From IMG/VR virus record IMGVR_UViG_3300044591_002613: 64,000 nt of DNA, one strand, 5' to 3'. This stretch comes from a virus. The translations under genes were made by a program, and so were the position numbers. Positions 1 through 9,742 of this stretch are shown here, piece after piece (position 1 is the stretch's first letter; each line of letters begins with the position of its first letter). The notes beneath the pieces were generated by a model. The model was not told the origin of the DNA. It worked only from the letters and a program-made list of their open reading frames with translations, and did no database searches.

Positions 1-2595
1 GCTTTCCATTGCTGGAGCAGAAATAGCTTTTTTAACGCAAGAGCCTTTGGAATAAGGTTTCTTACCGGGCACTGGTTCATATCCTTCCCAACATCTTTTT
101 TCTAGCTCATCGGCTAATCCAGATGTTTTGAGTTTTGAATAATAATGTGGATCTTCTGTTAAATGATCTAAGGCGATTTCTTCGGCAATTTTAGAGTCTT
201 TCGTATGCTCTAGTTCTACTTTCATTCCATCGGCAAGTTGCCTAGCTGAAAAGTCGGATCTGCGACTTTCGTCACCTTTTCCGCCTTTGAGCTTATTGCT
301 TTTTACAAAAGACTTATTTGCAGCATCATAATTTTGTAACAATGCTTTGGCTTTTGCGGCATCTGGGCCATAAAAATTACCCATAGAACTACCGCTTGTA
401 GATTCTCGAGAGTAGGACGCTGCTGGATGTGAAGGATCAGCTTTTAACTGACCGGGTTCTTTAAGAACAGCTTTAGATCCAGTTTTTGGCGTGTGATACT
501 CGCCCATAACATTTAAGTTAGACATCTGTGAGTGCAAATCAGATTCAGGAGATGCCTGAGCACCACCAGCTAATGCGCTTGCGCCTAGAGCTCCAGCCGT
601 CAACATGCCTTTTAAAGAAAGCTTTTTTTCTAGGCTTTTATCCGTCGGCTCAACAACATCTGCACCCGACTTTTTTCTTTTATTAGTCAACAAAACTCTA
701 GTAGCTCGCTCAATCAATGGATGCGAGCGACCGCTCATTAATGCTTCAGTTACTTCTTGTTTTTTGTCGGCAGGAATCAAACTAAAGTCTACAGATTTAA
801 TAGGCTGTTTTCTGTTTAGCTCTGTCAATTTTTTAGATTCAAGCTCTGCCTGGTCTTTGATAGTTCCATGCAAAGCGTTTCCTCTTTGCTGAACCGCTGT
901 ATTTGGGCCAAGACCTTCGGCTTCTAGTCCCACACGACCAAGTTTTCTTCCAAGATTGGCAGTGTTGTCATAAACATTTGTGCCAAATGGCTTTAGATTG
1001 TTACTCTTAACAACTTTACTAAGGCTTTTAAGAACACGCTGCGCTCTTAGTTCAAGTGGGACGGATTCGCTTTTGTTTAAAGACTTGCTGCAACGCCATC
1101 TTTTAAGAGCTGCACCCTTTGGAGTCAACTTTCCTTTTTTAGACGTTGGGCCTTTAACGCCACTCATTCTTGCGCAGAATGATTTACGACGTTTAGCTGC
1201 TTTAGAGCCAGGTTTTACGTTTTTCTTAGTAACTGGACGTTTAAGATTTGAGCCAGTTTCGCGGTTTAGCTTCTTGCGATAAGAATCGTTTAAGCCCCCA
1301 CTACGAGCGTGTTTCTTTTTGCTATATCCGTGAAATGGTTTTTTCTTTTTAGAAGACTTTTCGAGTTCTTGTTCAGATTTATCAAACTCATTATTAGGAT
1401 TCTGGTCAACTCCTTGTAAAAGCCTTTTGACTTGTTGCTTTACTTGTATTTTATTACGTTCATCGTAATCAATAGGAACAGGAGTTGTGTTATTTTGATT
1501 TACATTTAATCCTTGTTTGCGTTGAATGTAATCTTGTCGTCTTTTTTCAGTTCCTGGCTGAACTACTTTCCGCCTTCCCTCTTCATTCGTAACTATAAAA
1601 TTTCTTTTTGTTTTTCCTGGGCCTGCATAGTCACCAAGACGACCCCTGTTGCCCTCATAAGTATTTTGAGGGCCAGTGTATTGACCTGTTGCCTCATATT
1701 GGCTCACAAAATTAGGGTCGGCTCTCTTTCTACTTCTAAGTTTTAGAGCAGATTCCAAATCTTTTTCTAAGTTCTCTTTTGAACTTTTCATACACTTGAT
1801 GCAATCTTCAACCTTAGCAAGCAAAGACTTTGGATCAGCCAATGCTTCCATAGATTTAGCCGCAGGAAGAGCTGGAGGCTTAATTTCTTGAGCTTGAACT
1901 TTTGGTCTGTCAATTAAATGGCCAGGGATTCTAGGAGGAATATCTTGTGGGCCAACACCATGCCCGACTGTCAATTGTCCACGAGCAGCGTGATAAGCAT
2001 CAGCGCGGTCGGCTGGAATCTTTCTCCCACCAGCAATATCCATGATGGTTGAACCGTGTTGACGGCGGAATTCTTTCATTTGGTTACGGAAGTCTAGAGC
2101 ACCTTTAGCCTTCTTTTCGTAATCGCCTATTTCATCATCGGCCTTGGCAATACCGTCAACTGTATTGGCAATTCTATCCGGTGTAAATTCACTTCCGTGA
2201 ATAGACTTTTCTGCTTTTTGTTTCTTTTTACTAAGCATTTCGCAGCATTCTTTTGCCTTGGCAAGAATGTTTTTATTATGCTTAAGATAGCCAGAAATAT
2301 CTGATAAATCGGTTTTGGCTCTGTTTATTTTGCCGTCAACCCAATCTTCAAGTTCTTGTTTACCATCAATCATCGAATTGATTTTTTCGGACATTTCGTT
2401 GATTTCTGCCAAGAACTGTTTGGCCATATCACTGCCATCACCCTCGCCAGCTTTCTCAACTTTTTCTGGCAGCTTGCCGGGTTCATCGTGCGAAACCATT
2501 CTTTTTGCTTCCGCTTGACTGATATCAGCTTTAGTGTCTTTTCCTGCTGCTGCGGCATACATTAATCTACGTTGAGCTTCGCTTTGAAATGGCAT
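1..2595 (-). CDS. Large multi-module virion/internal head protein (3' end runs off window; missed by ORF track)
   Basis: Stop-free frame read by hand from ATG 2595 (MPFQSEAQRRLMYA...) to base 1; contains DUF6321-like (GGLN...KRRKSFCARM), DUF5661-like (EHT..EIALDHLTEDPHYY) and CWEGY..GSC modules. Confidence 0.85.
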   Translation of the reverse strand, partial: MPFQSEAQRRLMYAAAAGKDTKADISQAEAKRMVSHDEPGKLPEKVEKAGEGDGSDMAKQFLAEINEMSEKINSMIDGKQELEDWVDGKINRAKTDLSDISGYLKHNKNILAKAKECCEMLSKKKQKAEKSIHGSEFTPDRIANTVDGIAKADDEIGDYEKKAKGALDFRNQMKEFRRQHGSTIMDIAGGRKIPADRADAYHAARGQLTVGHGVGPQDIPPRIPGHLIDRPKVQAQEIKPPALPAAKSMEALADPKSLLAKVEDCIKCMKSSKENLEKDLESALKLRSRKRADPNFVSQYEATGQYTGPQNTYEGNRGRLGDYAGPGKTKRNFIVTNEEGRRKVVQPGTEKRRQDYIQRKQGLNVNQNNTTPVPIDYDERNKIQVKQQVKRLLQGVDQNPNNEFDKSEQELEKSSKKKKPFHGYSKKKHARSGGLNDSYRKKLNRETGSNLKRPVTKKNVKPGSKAAKRRKSFCARMSGVKGPTSKKGKLTPKGAALKRWRCSKSLNKSESVPLELRAQRVLKSLSKVVKSNNLKPFGTNVYDNTANLGRKLGRVGLEAEGLGPNTAVQQRGNALHGTIKDQAELESKKLTELNRKQPIKSVDFSLIPADKKQEVTEALMSGRSHPLIERATRVLLTNKRKKSGADVVEPTDKSLEKKLSLKGMLTAGALGASALAGGAQASPESDLHSQMSNLNVMGEYHTPKTGSKAVLKEPGQLKADPSHPAASYSRESTSGSSMGNFYGPDAAKAKALLQNYDAANKSFVKSNKLKGGKGDESRRSDFSARQLADGMKVELEHTKDSKIAEEIALDHLTEDPHYYSKLKTSGLADELEKRCWEGYEPVPGKKPYSKGSCVKKAISAPAMES

Positions 2596-2599
2596 GAGA

Positions 2600-3484
2600 T
2601 TAGTCCCTCATATAAACGGGCATACTGTTAGAAAGTTCATCTGCGAATTTAACATCTTCAATTTCGTTTTGATGATGTTCAGTTACAGAACCGTCGGGAC
2701 GACGGATAGAGTACATATTTCCACCGCCTTCTTCCAATGGCTTTTTATTGTCAACAATATCTACAAGCGGGTGATATTCTTCCGAACCAGATAATTTAAT
2801 CATCCATCCCCTGGATTTATCATCTTCAGCCTTTTTCATATATGTGGCTGGATTGCCAGAAACAGTATTTGTGGCATGAAAAACCAAGTTTTTTTCCGCT
2901 TCAGCTTGGCTTCGGTGATCAGAAGTAGGCATCATAGCGTTTAGCTCTTTGCCGCTCATTGTGCCGACGTGTTCGCTGCCTTGATAGATGTGGTAATCTA
3001 TGTGGTCGTGAAAACCTTTGCCGTCATTTTCACTTTTACGAAGCGGTGCTCTTTTAAGCGCAGAAATTACTTCATGTAGCCTATTCATAGAATGAGCATG
3101 CAAGCCAGATTCAGCCATATCTGTGGGCGAACCGCCCCAAACAGAGTACATATATTTTTCAAAGTCTTCTGGAACAGAAGGGTATAGCTCTTTAATCTTT
3201 TCATAAAGAGCTTCGATTAGGCCAATGGTCTTGTGTTCGTTTTGGAATATACCGAGTTTTACAATAGAGGGAATGCGACTAGACTCCCATACAGTAAACG
3301 CACCAATCACTGAATCAGAATACGGGTGACGTACTTCATAGTGGTCAAGACTATTAACGCCTCTTGCCAAGTCAGTGTATGGCGGTAATTGCGAAGAAAC
3401 CTTAATTAGAATATAGTTGTCTTTAAGAGCGTGCTCTTTTCCAAGACTTTTAGCTAAACTCAAGACTTGTTTTATTTTTTTCAT
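2600..3484 (-). CDS. Hypothetical protein, possibly head-associated
   Basis: Long ORF directly upstream of the 1-2595 gene; start reassigned to MKKIKQ; LAKS/LRKS/MKKA motifs. Confidence 0.7.
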   Translation of the reverse strand: MKKIKQVLSLAKSLGKEHALKDNYILIKVSSQLPPYTDLARGVNSLDHYEVRHPYSDSVIGAFTVWESSRIPSIVKLGIFQNEHKTIGLIEALYEKIKELYPSVPEDFEKYMYSVWGGSPTDMAESGLHAHSMNRLHEVISALKRAPLRKSENDGKGFHDHIDYHIYQGSEHVGTMSGKELNAMMPTSDHRSQAEAEKNLVFHATNTVSGNPATYMKKAEDDKSRGWMIKLSGSEEYHPLVDIVDNKKPLEEGGGNMYSIRRPDGSVTEHHQNEIEDVKFADELSNSMPVYMRD

Positions 3485-3493
3485 AGGTTTCTC

Positions 3494-4879
3494 GTGATAA
3501 AGAATATTCCAAACACACAAGGTTATTATACATCTAATCAAGAGTTGATTATTCAGGGTACGCCCGAATCTTTAGCTCTAATTAAAAATTACCTAACAAT
3601 TAAGAATAAAGCAATCGACAAAAGGCTGAAAGAACTAAAAAGAACCTCTGCTTTTAATGCTAAACACGCTCATGTTTTGAAGCAACAAATTAAAGAGTTA
3701 GAGGAACAACTCGTCACTAAAGCCTACGCAGAAGTCGATGATGGTATTAGCACCCTCCCAGGATTTTGGTTCTTATGCAATAAAGTTGAGGGACATACGG
3801 CCTCAACCAAAGCAATAACCTTCGGCGATGAACGCTATTATCAACTAGAATCTGTGCAAACCGCCCTTCAATATAAGAGATCGTGTATAGTAGCAGCCAC
3901 GGGTGTTGGCAAGAGTCGTATCATTCGTAACTTAGCAGCCTCACACGTTGCTCAAGGTCGCCGGGTTATCGTTATTGTGCCGAGCATCGAGCTGTTGCAC
4001 CAGACTTATAAAACCGTAGTCAGCGGCATGGACAAAATTGGCTGTAAGAAAGTCGGCAAACTTGGTGGAGGAACCACCCCCCCAGACGGGGTGATGTGTT
4101 TGGTATCTACAGCCCAAAGCTGCCTCAATTATATTGATCGTTTCCAGACCATCATAGTAGACGAAACTCACACGATGGCAGCTCCGTCTTACCAAGATAT
4201 TGCGATTGCAGGTATCAACGCCGAGTTCTTCCACGGCCTTACTGCAACTATTGAAAGACCAGATGGCATGACGCCTCTTATTTACGGTTGGGCTGGCGCA
4301 CCAGTGTACGTCTACCGATACTCTGATGGCGTCCAGGATGGCTTCCTGAGTCCTGTTAAGTACATACCCAAGGTAGTGTCGACGTGTAGCGTCAAAACAA
4401 GCAAGAATATGCACTCAACAAAAGAATATATCAAGCTTCATTCTGACCCAGAATATATTAAGTTTGTCAAAGAAACTACCGAAAAGGCTCTGGCCGCTAA
4501 TCGTAAAGTCTTAGTTTTGTTTAAGTCTGTAGAATGTGCTAATGCTTTGGCTTCTGCGCTTGAAACAGACGCAGCTAATGGCGAGTATAGACTGCCAATT
4601 AAAAAGTTTAAAGACGGTGATACAAATGTTCTAATTGGTAATTGGCATCTATTAGGAACTGGAATTGACCTACCAGAAATATCGGCTATTTTGCTCTGTA
4701 TGGCAAGCACCAGTGAAATTATGCTTATGCAGGCTATCGGAAGAGGCACAAGAATTTGCGAAGGAAAGAAAGACTGTGTTGTAATTGATATAAGCCCAAA
4801 TCATGCTAAATATATCAATCAATTGGCTAGGAGAGATGAGATTGTTCGGTCGTTTGGGATTGACTCTGTCGGTCTATAA
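3494..4879 (+). CDS. Superfamily II DNA helicase (UvsW-like)
   Basis: Walker A ATGVGKS, DETH, TAT, GTGIDLP, QAIGRGTR; GTG start at 3494 assumed. Confidence 0.9.
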   Translation: MIKNIPNTQGYYTSNQELIIQGTPESLALIKNYLTIKNKAIDKRLKELKRTSAFNAKHAHVLKQQIKELEEQLVTKAYAEVDDGISTLPGFWFLCNKVEGHTASTKAITFGDERYYQLESVQTALQYKRSCIVAATGVGKSRIIRNLAASHVAQGRRVIVIVPSIELLHQTYKTVVSGMDKIGCKKVGKLGGGTTPPDGVMCLVSTAQSCLNYIDRFQTIIVDETHTMAAPSYQDIAIAGINAEFFHGLTATIERPDGMTPLIYGWAGAPVYVYRYSDGVQDGFLSPVKYIPKVVSTCSVKTSKNMHSTKEYIKLHSDPEYIKFVKETTEKALAANRKVLVLFKSVECANALASALETDAANGEYRLPIKKFKDGDTNVLIGNWHLLGTGIDLPEISAILLCMASTSEIMLMQAIGRGTRICEGKKDCVVIDISPNHAKYINQLARRDEIVRSFGIDSVGL

Positions 4880-5081
4880 ACAAAGCGTGTAGTTTGAAGT
4901 TTACAAAGATTAAGTTTTGGTCAATATGGGCAATATAATCCGTATTCTTAGTGCCATATTTCTTAGCACTAGAAACTTTTTCGCGCTTGGCATATGAATG
5001 GAGTAGTTTTCTGTTGATACGGGTTTTCACACCTTGCCCCATAGTCTTCATCTTTCTACTCCAATCATAGCATAAGTATTA

Positions 5082-5381
5082 TTAGTCAATCATTTCATCA
5101 AACGTATGAACAACTTCTTGCAATTTATCTTGTGGAATATTCTGCATTAAGCTAATTGCAATCGTCAACACATTTGGGTTTGTGAACGAATAACTAAGAA
5201 TATCTTTAATGGCTTTAACTTCTTCTCCACTTAGTTCTGGATATGAAATTCCACCTCCCGCTTTGGGTAGACTAATTGCAAAACCACCTCTTGCTTTTTG
5301 TGCAATGTTCAGCAGCGGCTTGCCATAGTGAGTTGAGTTTTCGTGATCAACGGTTGCAGATTTGTAATATGTTTTGATCAT
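5082..5381 (-). CDS. Hypothetical protein
   Basis: ORF with GAGG RBS in operon. Confidence 0.6.
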   Translation of the reverse strand: MIKTYYKSATVDHENSTHYGKPLLNIAQKARGGFAISLPKAGGGISYPELSGEEVKAIKDILSYSFTNPNVLTIAISLMQNIPQDKLQEVVHTFDEMID

Positions 5382-5383
5382 AA

Positions 5384-5581
5384 TTACCTCGAATTGGTAG
5401 TACGAAGTTCTTCCATAAGTTTGTTAATTCTTTGAATACTTTCTCTAATATTCTTCAACCGCATAGCCATTTCTGGCGATACTTCAGTTTCGGTTGGTGT
5501 GACAGTTACTGTTTTCAGTTCTTTAACAGCCTCCAGCGTTTTGCTTTTACGATACTTTTCAAAATCAATTACGTTGCTCAT
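5384..5581 (-). CDS. Small protein with N-terminal NVIDFxxYRK motif and C-terminal coiled coil
   Basis: MSNVIDFEKYRKSK; start overlaps the NifU stop; GGAGG RBS. Confidence 0.7.
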   Translation of the reverse strand: MSNVIDFEKYRKSKTLEAVKELKTVTVTPTETEVSPEMAMRLKNIRESIQRINKLMEELRTTNSR

Positions 5582-5805
5582 ACGACCTCCACGTCTTCGA
5601 CGAGTTCTGGGAACTTGTTTTGCAGGGCTGCAAAGATAACACCATACGTTGTCATAAGGCTGCTTGGACAATTAGCACACGCACCAATCAAACGAATTTG
5701 CAAAGTTTTACTTGATGGATTGTAACCAGTAACCTCTACCGACCCCCCATGCTGACTTAAAATTGGTACAATTTCGGAATCAACAAAGCTAGTAATCGCG
5801 TCCAT
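5578..5805 (-). CDS. NifU/NfuA-type Fe-S scaffold domain protein
   Basis: PILSQHGGSVE...RLIGACANCP (CxxC) NifU-C signature. Confidence 0.85.
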   Translation of the reverse strand: MDAITSFVDSEIVPILSQHGGSVEVTGYNPSSKTLQIRLIGACANCPSSLMTTYGVIFAALQNKFPELVEDVEVV

Positions 5806-5806
5806 G

Positions 5807-6097
5807 TTATTCTCCTTTTAGCGAAACATGAATATGTGTTTTATACAAACCATCGCCTGATAAAATAAATCCTGGAGAACAGGGGCAAGGACACCCTGCA
5901 TATTGACTCCACTTAGCTTTTGTGCCTTCTGGCAAATTAAGTTCTTGGATAACTTTTGGAAGAATATGTTTGCGATAAAGCTCTTGTGGCCTATTGCCGC
6001 GATTCATTAAATTTTCTTCTAAGGTTTCTTCGGAATGGTGGATAAACACTCTTGTGTTTGAATACCGCGCTTTGTGGCGTTGCTTGGTTATTTTCAT
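5807..6097 (-). CDS. Conserved phage hypothetical protein (WSQYAGCPCPCSPGF)
   Basis: ORF with GGAGG RBS directly behind a sigma28-type promoter. Confidence 0.7.
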   Translation of the reverse strand: MKITKQRHKARYSNTRVFIHHSEETLEENLMNRGNRPQELYRKHILPKVIQELNLPEGTKAKWSQYAGCPCPCSPGFILSGDGLYKTHIHVSLKGE

Positions 6098-6111
6098 TGC
6101 ATTTTCCTCCT

Positions 6112-6393
6112 TTACTTACTTATCGGAGGTTTGCTTTCTAACTTTAGGCGTTTCGACAAAAAATCCGTCATTTTTATTGTTAATTCTGCCAAGCGATTAG
6201 CATCATAGCCGGCCAACTTTTCTGCGTTTGGTATTGACGATGCCGGAATTTTTACCAATTCTTTTTCGTTATCTTTATATACAAGAACTGTCCATAACAT
6301 TTCTTGTTCACTAAATTCCCATACAACTTCAATGCCAGTGTCTTGGTGTGTGAACGAAAAATAACGATTATCTTCCGATGCTTCGGATTTCAT
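6112..6393 (-). CDS. Hypothetical protein
   Basis: ORF; 3' end reads through the promoter repeat. Confidence 0.6.
   Translation of the reverse strand: MKSEASEDNRYFSFTHQDTGIEVVWEFSEQEMLWTVLVYKDNEKELVKIPASSIPNAEKLAGYDANRLAELTIKMTDFLSKRLKLESKPPISK
6117..6146 (-). promoter_or_regulatory. sigma28-type promoter repeat 1
   Basis: TAAAGTTA-GAAAGCAAACC-TCCGATAA. Confidence 0.8.
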
Positions 6394-6638
6394 AATAGCG
6401 ACTCAAACTCTTGTTTTGGTTCAAAACAAACCATAAACTCTTCGGTATTCAGAAGTTTATCCGTTTCTTTATTTCCATCGTAAATAGACTTTTCAATATA
6501 CCCATAACATTGAAGTCCGTGAAGATTGCAATAATTCACGCAGGCAAGTTTTTTATTGACAGGTTTTACAGGTTTTACTGAAATTGGTATCAAAAAGATT
6601 AGACCTATTACAACAAAGTATTTAACAAATCTAACCAT
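6390..6638 (-). CDS. Small membrane/secreted Cys-rich protein
   Basis: Hydrophobic N-terminus, four Cys. Confidence 0.55.
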   Translation of the reverse strand: MVRFVKYFVVIGLIFLIPISVKPVKPVNKKLACVNYCNLHGLQCYGYIEKSIYDGNKETDKLLNTEEFMVCFEPKQEFESLL

Positions 6639-6651
6639 TTTAATACTCTTA

Positions 6652-6867
6652 TTATTTAATTCTAATTGGCGTTGAGTCTTTATCTAGAACGTGTTTTCTG
6701 AATGCTTTACCAATCGACTCGGCAGAAAAAACTTTCTTAACTGTCGATGCGGAAATATCTTGATACAAATAAACAGATTTATTATGGTATTCGATAAGCA
6801 GAGCTTGGGTTTCGTCATTGTAAAAGTAGCCCGCAACAACGCTAGAATCAACCTTTGTCATTTTCAT
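6652..6867 (-). CDS. KTSC domain protein
   Basis: VDSSVVAGYFY..L.IEY....YLY......AESIGKAF. Confidence 0.85.
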   Translation of the reverse strand: MKMTKVDSSVVAGYFYNDETQALLIEYHNKSVYLYQDISASTVKKVFSAESIGKAFRKHVLDKDSTPIRIK

Positions 6868-6999
6868 TTTTATACACCCTCACGCTTTTAATATAATTAT
6901 CAAAGTTTTTGGCAATAGACAACCAAATAAGTATAGACCCAACACCCTTCAGTATTCCTGCAAGAACTACGAGTAACAATAAGGTGGAGGTTTCCATTA

Positions 7000-7227
7000 T
7001 TATTTTTCTACCCTTTTCTTTTTGCTTGGCGTGGGTGTTTGAGCAATTTCTGGATTAGGACAATGTGGTTGTATTGTTACTGGCTTGTCGCGTTCTGGTT
7101 TTATTCTGCCATTTTTGTCTGCTGGTTGAACACAAACTTTAGTTTCGGTAGATGACTTTTTACCAATATCACGATCTTTATAACCAACAAACAATAATGA
7201 AGAGACTGCAATAATTACTTTCAACAT
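7000..7227 (-). CDS. Small secreted hypothetical protein
   Basis: Hydrophobic N-terminus, GAGG RBS. Confidence 0.5.
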   Translation of the reverse strand: MLKVIIAVSSLLFVGYKDRDIGKKSSTETKVCVQPADKNGRIKPERDKPVTIQPHCPNPEIAQTPTPSKKKRVEK

Positions 7228-7235
7228 GATTTACC

Positions 7236-7616
7236 TCACTCAAAATATTCTTTTGCCCAACCGTTTTCTGTTGTGTACCAAACTTCTTTGATATTATTTT
7301 GTTTAATAATTGATTGACAACCCGAACACGGTCTAGCCATTCCAAGTTCTCCGTTGCGTTTAATTCTCGCAACAACCAAAATCATTCCATCAAGCGATTC
7401 CACAAAATTCTTGGCTCTAATAATTGCTTGCATTTCTGCATGAACTGTTACTGGACGCCCATAGAACTTCGACAGAGGATGCGTTTTAGCATTGTTAGTG
7501 CCCACACTAATTAGCCTCTTTTTTGCAAAGATTGCCGCTCCTAGCTTGTATTGATAGTCTGTGCTTTCCATTGCCGCTGCGACCGCTGCTCGGAATTGAC
7601 TTGGCATTTTTGTCAT
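7236..7616 (-). CDS. Cytidine/deoxycytidylate deaminase-family zinc protein
   Basis: HAE and PCxxC (ARPCSGC) motifs. Confidence 0.85.
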   Translation of the reverse strand: MTKMPSQFRAAVAAAMESTDYQYKLGAAIFAKKRLISVGTNNAKTHPLSKFYGRPVTVHAEMQAIIRAKNFVESLDGMILVVARIKRNGELGMARPCSGCQSIIKQNNIKEVWYTTENGWAKEYFE

Positions 7617-7634
7617 AAAAGAGAAAGGTCGGGA

Positions 7635-8003
7635 TTACCCGACCAGTTCCTTTGAGCGGCGTGCTGAAGCTCGCTTCGAGCTTTCTTGAACATGGCCCTC
7701 TTTCGAGGAAACAAAATAGCGAGTCTTGCCGTTAGGCCCACCCCATGATGCATCAATAAGGTTAACACCGCAGAAGGAGCTATATGTTCCACAGAAGCGT
7801 TCAATGAGCGAGGTTGCTCGCCCCTTTGAAAGGCCAGTGTTCACCAAAAGCTGCTGCAAAGAAGAGTTTGTAACTCCTTCAGTTGGAAGCGCAGAAAGTA
7901 CAGTGTAAGCGGCTGATGGTAGCTTGGCGGAAACCGACTCTCCTGTCTTAGAATTAGTGTAAGTGACGGTGGCAACAGAATTATTATGGGAAACAGTCAA
8001 CAT
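7635..8003 (-). CDS. Putative winged-helix protein, family A (distant member)
   Basis: NSSLQQLL..SKGRATSLIERF..GPNGKTRYF resembles 30877/32690. Confidence 0.6.
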   Translation of the reverse strand: MLTVSHNNSVATVTYTNSKTGESVSAKLPSAAYTVLSALPTEGVTNSSLQQLLVNTGLSKGRATSLIERFCGTYSSFCGVNLIDASWGGPNGKTRYFVSSKEGHVQESSKRASARRSKELVG

Positions 8004-8062
8004 ATTTATCTCCTTTATTGATTGACTAACATAGTCTTAAACGTGAATCATTTTACTGAGTA

Positions 8063-8407
8063 TCATTTTTCAGGGGAGGCTTCTTCAACTTTCATCAAAA
8101 CTTTTTTGCCATCTGGACGAACGCATTGGCGTTCAAGAAGAGCACTGCCTTCTGTTAGTGAAAGAGTAACAAAAAGAGTCTTTTTCATGCCCATCATAGC
8201 AACAACCGCTTCTTCTTCGGTGTCTTTAATAGGAACAACTGCGAGTGGCTTAATTTGATCTGCAAGAACTGTCATTCGCGCATGGCAACTCATTTTACCG
8301 TCAGCAAGTCTGCTTGCCGCACCGTTAGAAACTAATACTGTCAACCCTCCAAGCAAAACCAACAAACCAGATTTATACGCTTGATTCATATACACATACC
8401 TCATCAA
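8063..8407 (-). CDS. Secreted hypothetical protein
   Basis: Signal-peptide-like N-terminus. Confidence 0.55.
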   Translation of the reverse strand: MMRYVYMNQAYKSGLLVLLGGLTVLVSNGAASRLADGKMSCHARMTVLADQIKPLAVVPIKDTEEEAVVAMMGMKKTLFVTLSLTEGSALLERQCVRPDGKKVLMKVEEASPEK

Positions 8408-8970
8408 AAAATTGGGATTTCTTTATCATCGACTACATCATGTTCATCTGCAAGAACAAAGCTCAGTACGATTGCAAATAATTCTTTTTGTAACCTATCC
8501 CAATTTGTGACGTATGTTTTTTCATCGAACAAATAAGGACTCATCATCATTTTGGACTCTGGATTTGCGTGTCCTAAATCAAGCAGACAGTGGCCTAGCT
8601 CATGGAAAATAAGTCCACGTTCTTGCATACTGCCAACTTTAGTAATGTTTCTTTTAATTTCCACCCTTCGACTGTTTCTTGCCCACCAGCAAACACCAGC
8701 AACAGAACCATGTGGGTCAGTTTGTTCATCAAAGCCGTCTACAAATTTGATGGACTTGAGCTTTTGCAAATTATCTTCACATCTATTTGCTGCGGTGGTT
8801 TGAACACACAATCCGTAGAAATGCTTTAAATAATCAGCCAAATATGAATCGCTTGTAGTTGTTTCACCTCCTGTTTTTGTTTTTGTTGTTGGTGCAATAA
8901 CGCTAATATCTTGAGTGCCACAGCCAATCATGGTAATTGCAGTCAACAACGATGTAATAGTAGTTTTCAT
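8404..8970 (-). CDS. Lipoprotein zinc metallopeptidase (HExxHxxxxxxH)
   Basis: Lipobox-like MIGC; FHELGHCLLDLGH followed by a Met-turn-like MMSP. Confidence 0.8.
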   Translation of the reverse strand: MKTTITSLLTAITMIGCGTQDISVIAPTTKTKTGGETTTSDSYLADYLKHFYGLCVQTTAANRCEDNLQKLKSIKFVDGFDEQTDPHGSVAGVCWWARNSRRVEIKRNITKVGSMQERGLIFHELGHCLLDLGHANPESKMMMSPYLFDEKTYVTNWDRLQKELFAIVLSFVLADEHDVVDDKEIPIF

Positions 8971-8977
8971 GTAAGCC

Positions 8978-9139
8978 TCAGTTAGTGGTTGTGTAGTATT
9001 CTTGTCGAAGAACTACAAACAATCCGCCTTCTTTTTCTTTTGCTTTTAGTTCGTCGATCAAAACTTCGATTGCATCTCTTTCTTTAAGAATTCGCTGCAA
9101 CTGGTCAACTAATTCTGGGGGCAATTCGTTAGCGTTCAT
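8978..9139 (-). CDS. Small hypothetical protein (53 aa, below track cutoff)
   Basis: MNANELPPELVDQ...; fills the gap in the operon. Confidence 0.5.
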   Translation of the reverse strand: MNANELPPELVDQLQRILKERDAIEVLIDELKAKEKEGGLFVVLRQEYYTTTN

Positions 9140-9732
9140 TAAATTAGTCCCTCTTTTTTCAAGACTTTTTCAATATGTTCGACATCTTCAAGTGTAAGAT
9201 CATCGGTATTCAAGTCATTAGGATCAATACCGAGGTAAGAAAATGCACGATTAAAGCGTGCCTCTATCAGTTGATCTTCGGTTAAAGCTGTCGCATCAAT
9301 ATGCCACTTTGACTGCACTGGTGTTGCTGTTACCTGCACTTGCAAAACCGGAACGTCTTTTGGTGGCTTGACGTTTAGCATTTCTGTTTTATGCACTGGT
9401 GAAAAATCGGGAGCGTTTTCGTTAAACTTAAAGTGACGTTTGCCATTAATGTTTACGCCAATCAACAATGCGCACCAGCCGTTGAAATTTGAAAACCCAA
9501 ACGTGTACTTTTCAATAATTGCTGACGCTTTTCCGCTTCTCCCCCCTGCCGTACTCACACCCAAAGCTGTAGCAATCACACGTTGAAGTTCACCATTACT
9601 AATCGGCTCGGCAATCTTGGAAATGGCATCATAAACATTGCGATCAATCTTTGTAGTTTTGGTTTCCTCGCCAAGAGTGCGTTGGATCACAACTTTGTTG
9701 TTATCGTCAGTATAAAAAACCTTAAAGCTCAT
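9139..9732 (-). CDS. Putative winged-helix protein, family A (distant member)
   Basis: NGELQRVIA..SGKASAIIEKY..NGKRHF; GAGGAGG RBS before MSFKV. Confidence 0.65.
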   Translation of the reverse strand: MSFKVFYTDDNNKVVIQRTLGEETKTTKIDRNVYDAISKIAEPISNGELQRVIATALGVSTAGGRSGKASAIIEKYTFGFSNFNGWCALLIGVNINGKRHFKFNENAPDFSPVHKTEMLNVKPPKDVPVLQVQVTATPVQSKWHIDATALTEDQLIEARFNRAFSYLGIDPNDLNTDDLTLEDVEHIEKVLKKEGLI

Positions 9733-9742
9733 AGTAACCTCC

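Noticed and set aside
605-2565. Plus-strand ORFs 605, 980, 1513, 2315, 2356 and similar antisense ORFs throughout
   Set aside because: Shadows of real genes on the opposite strand; no RBS or motifs
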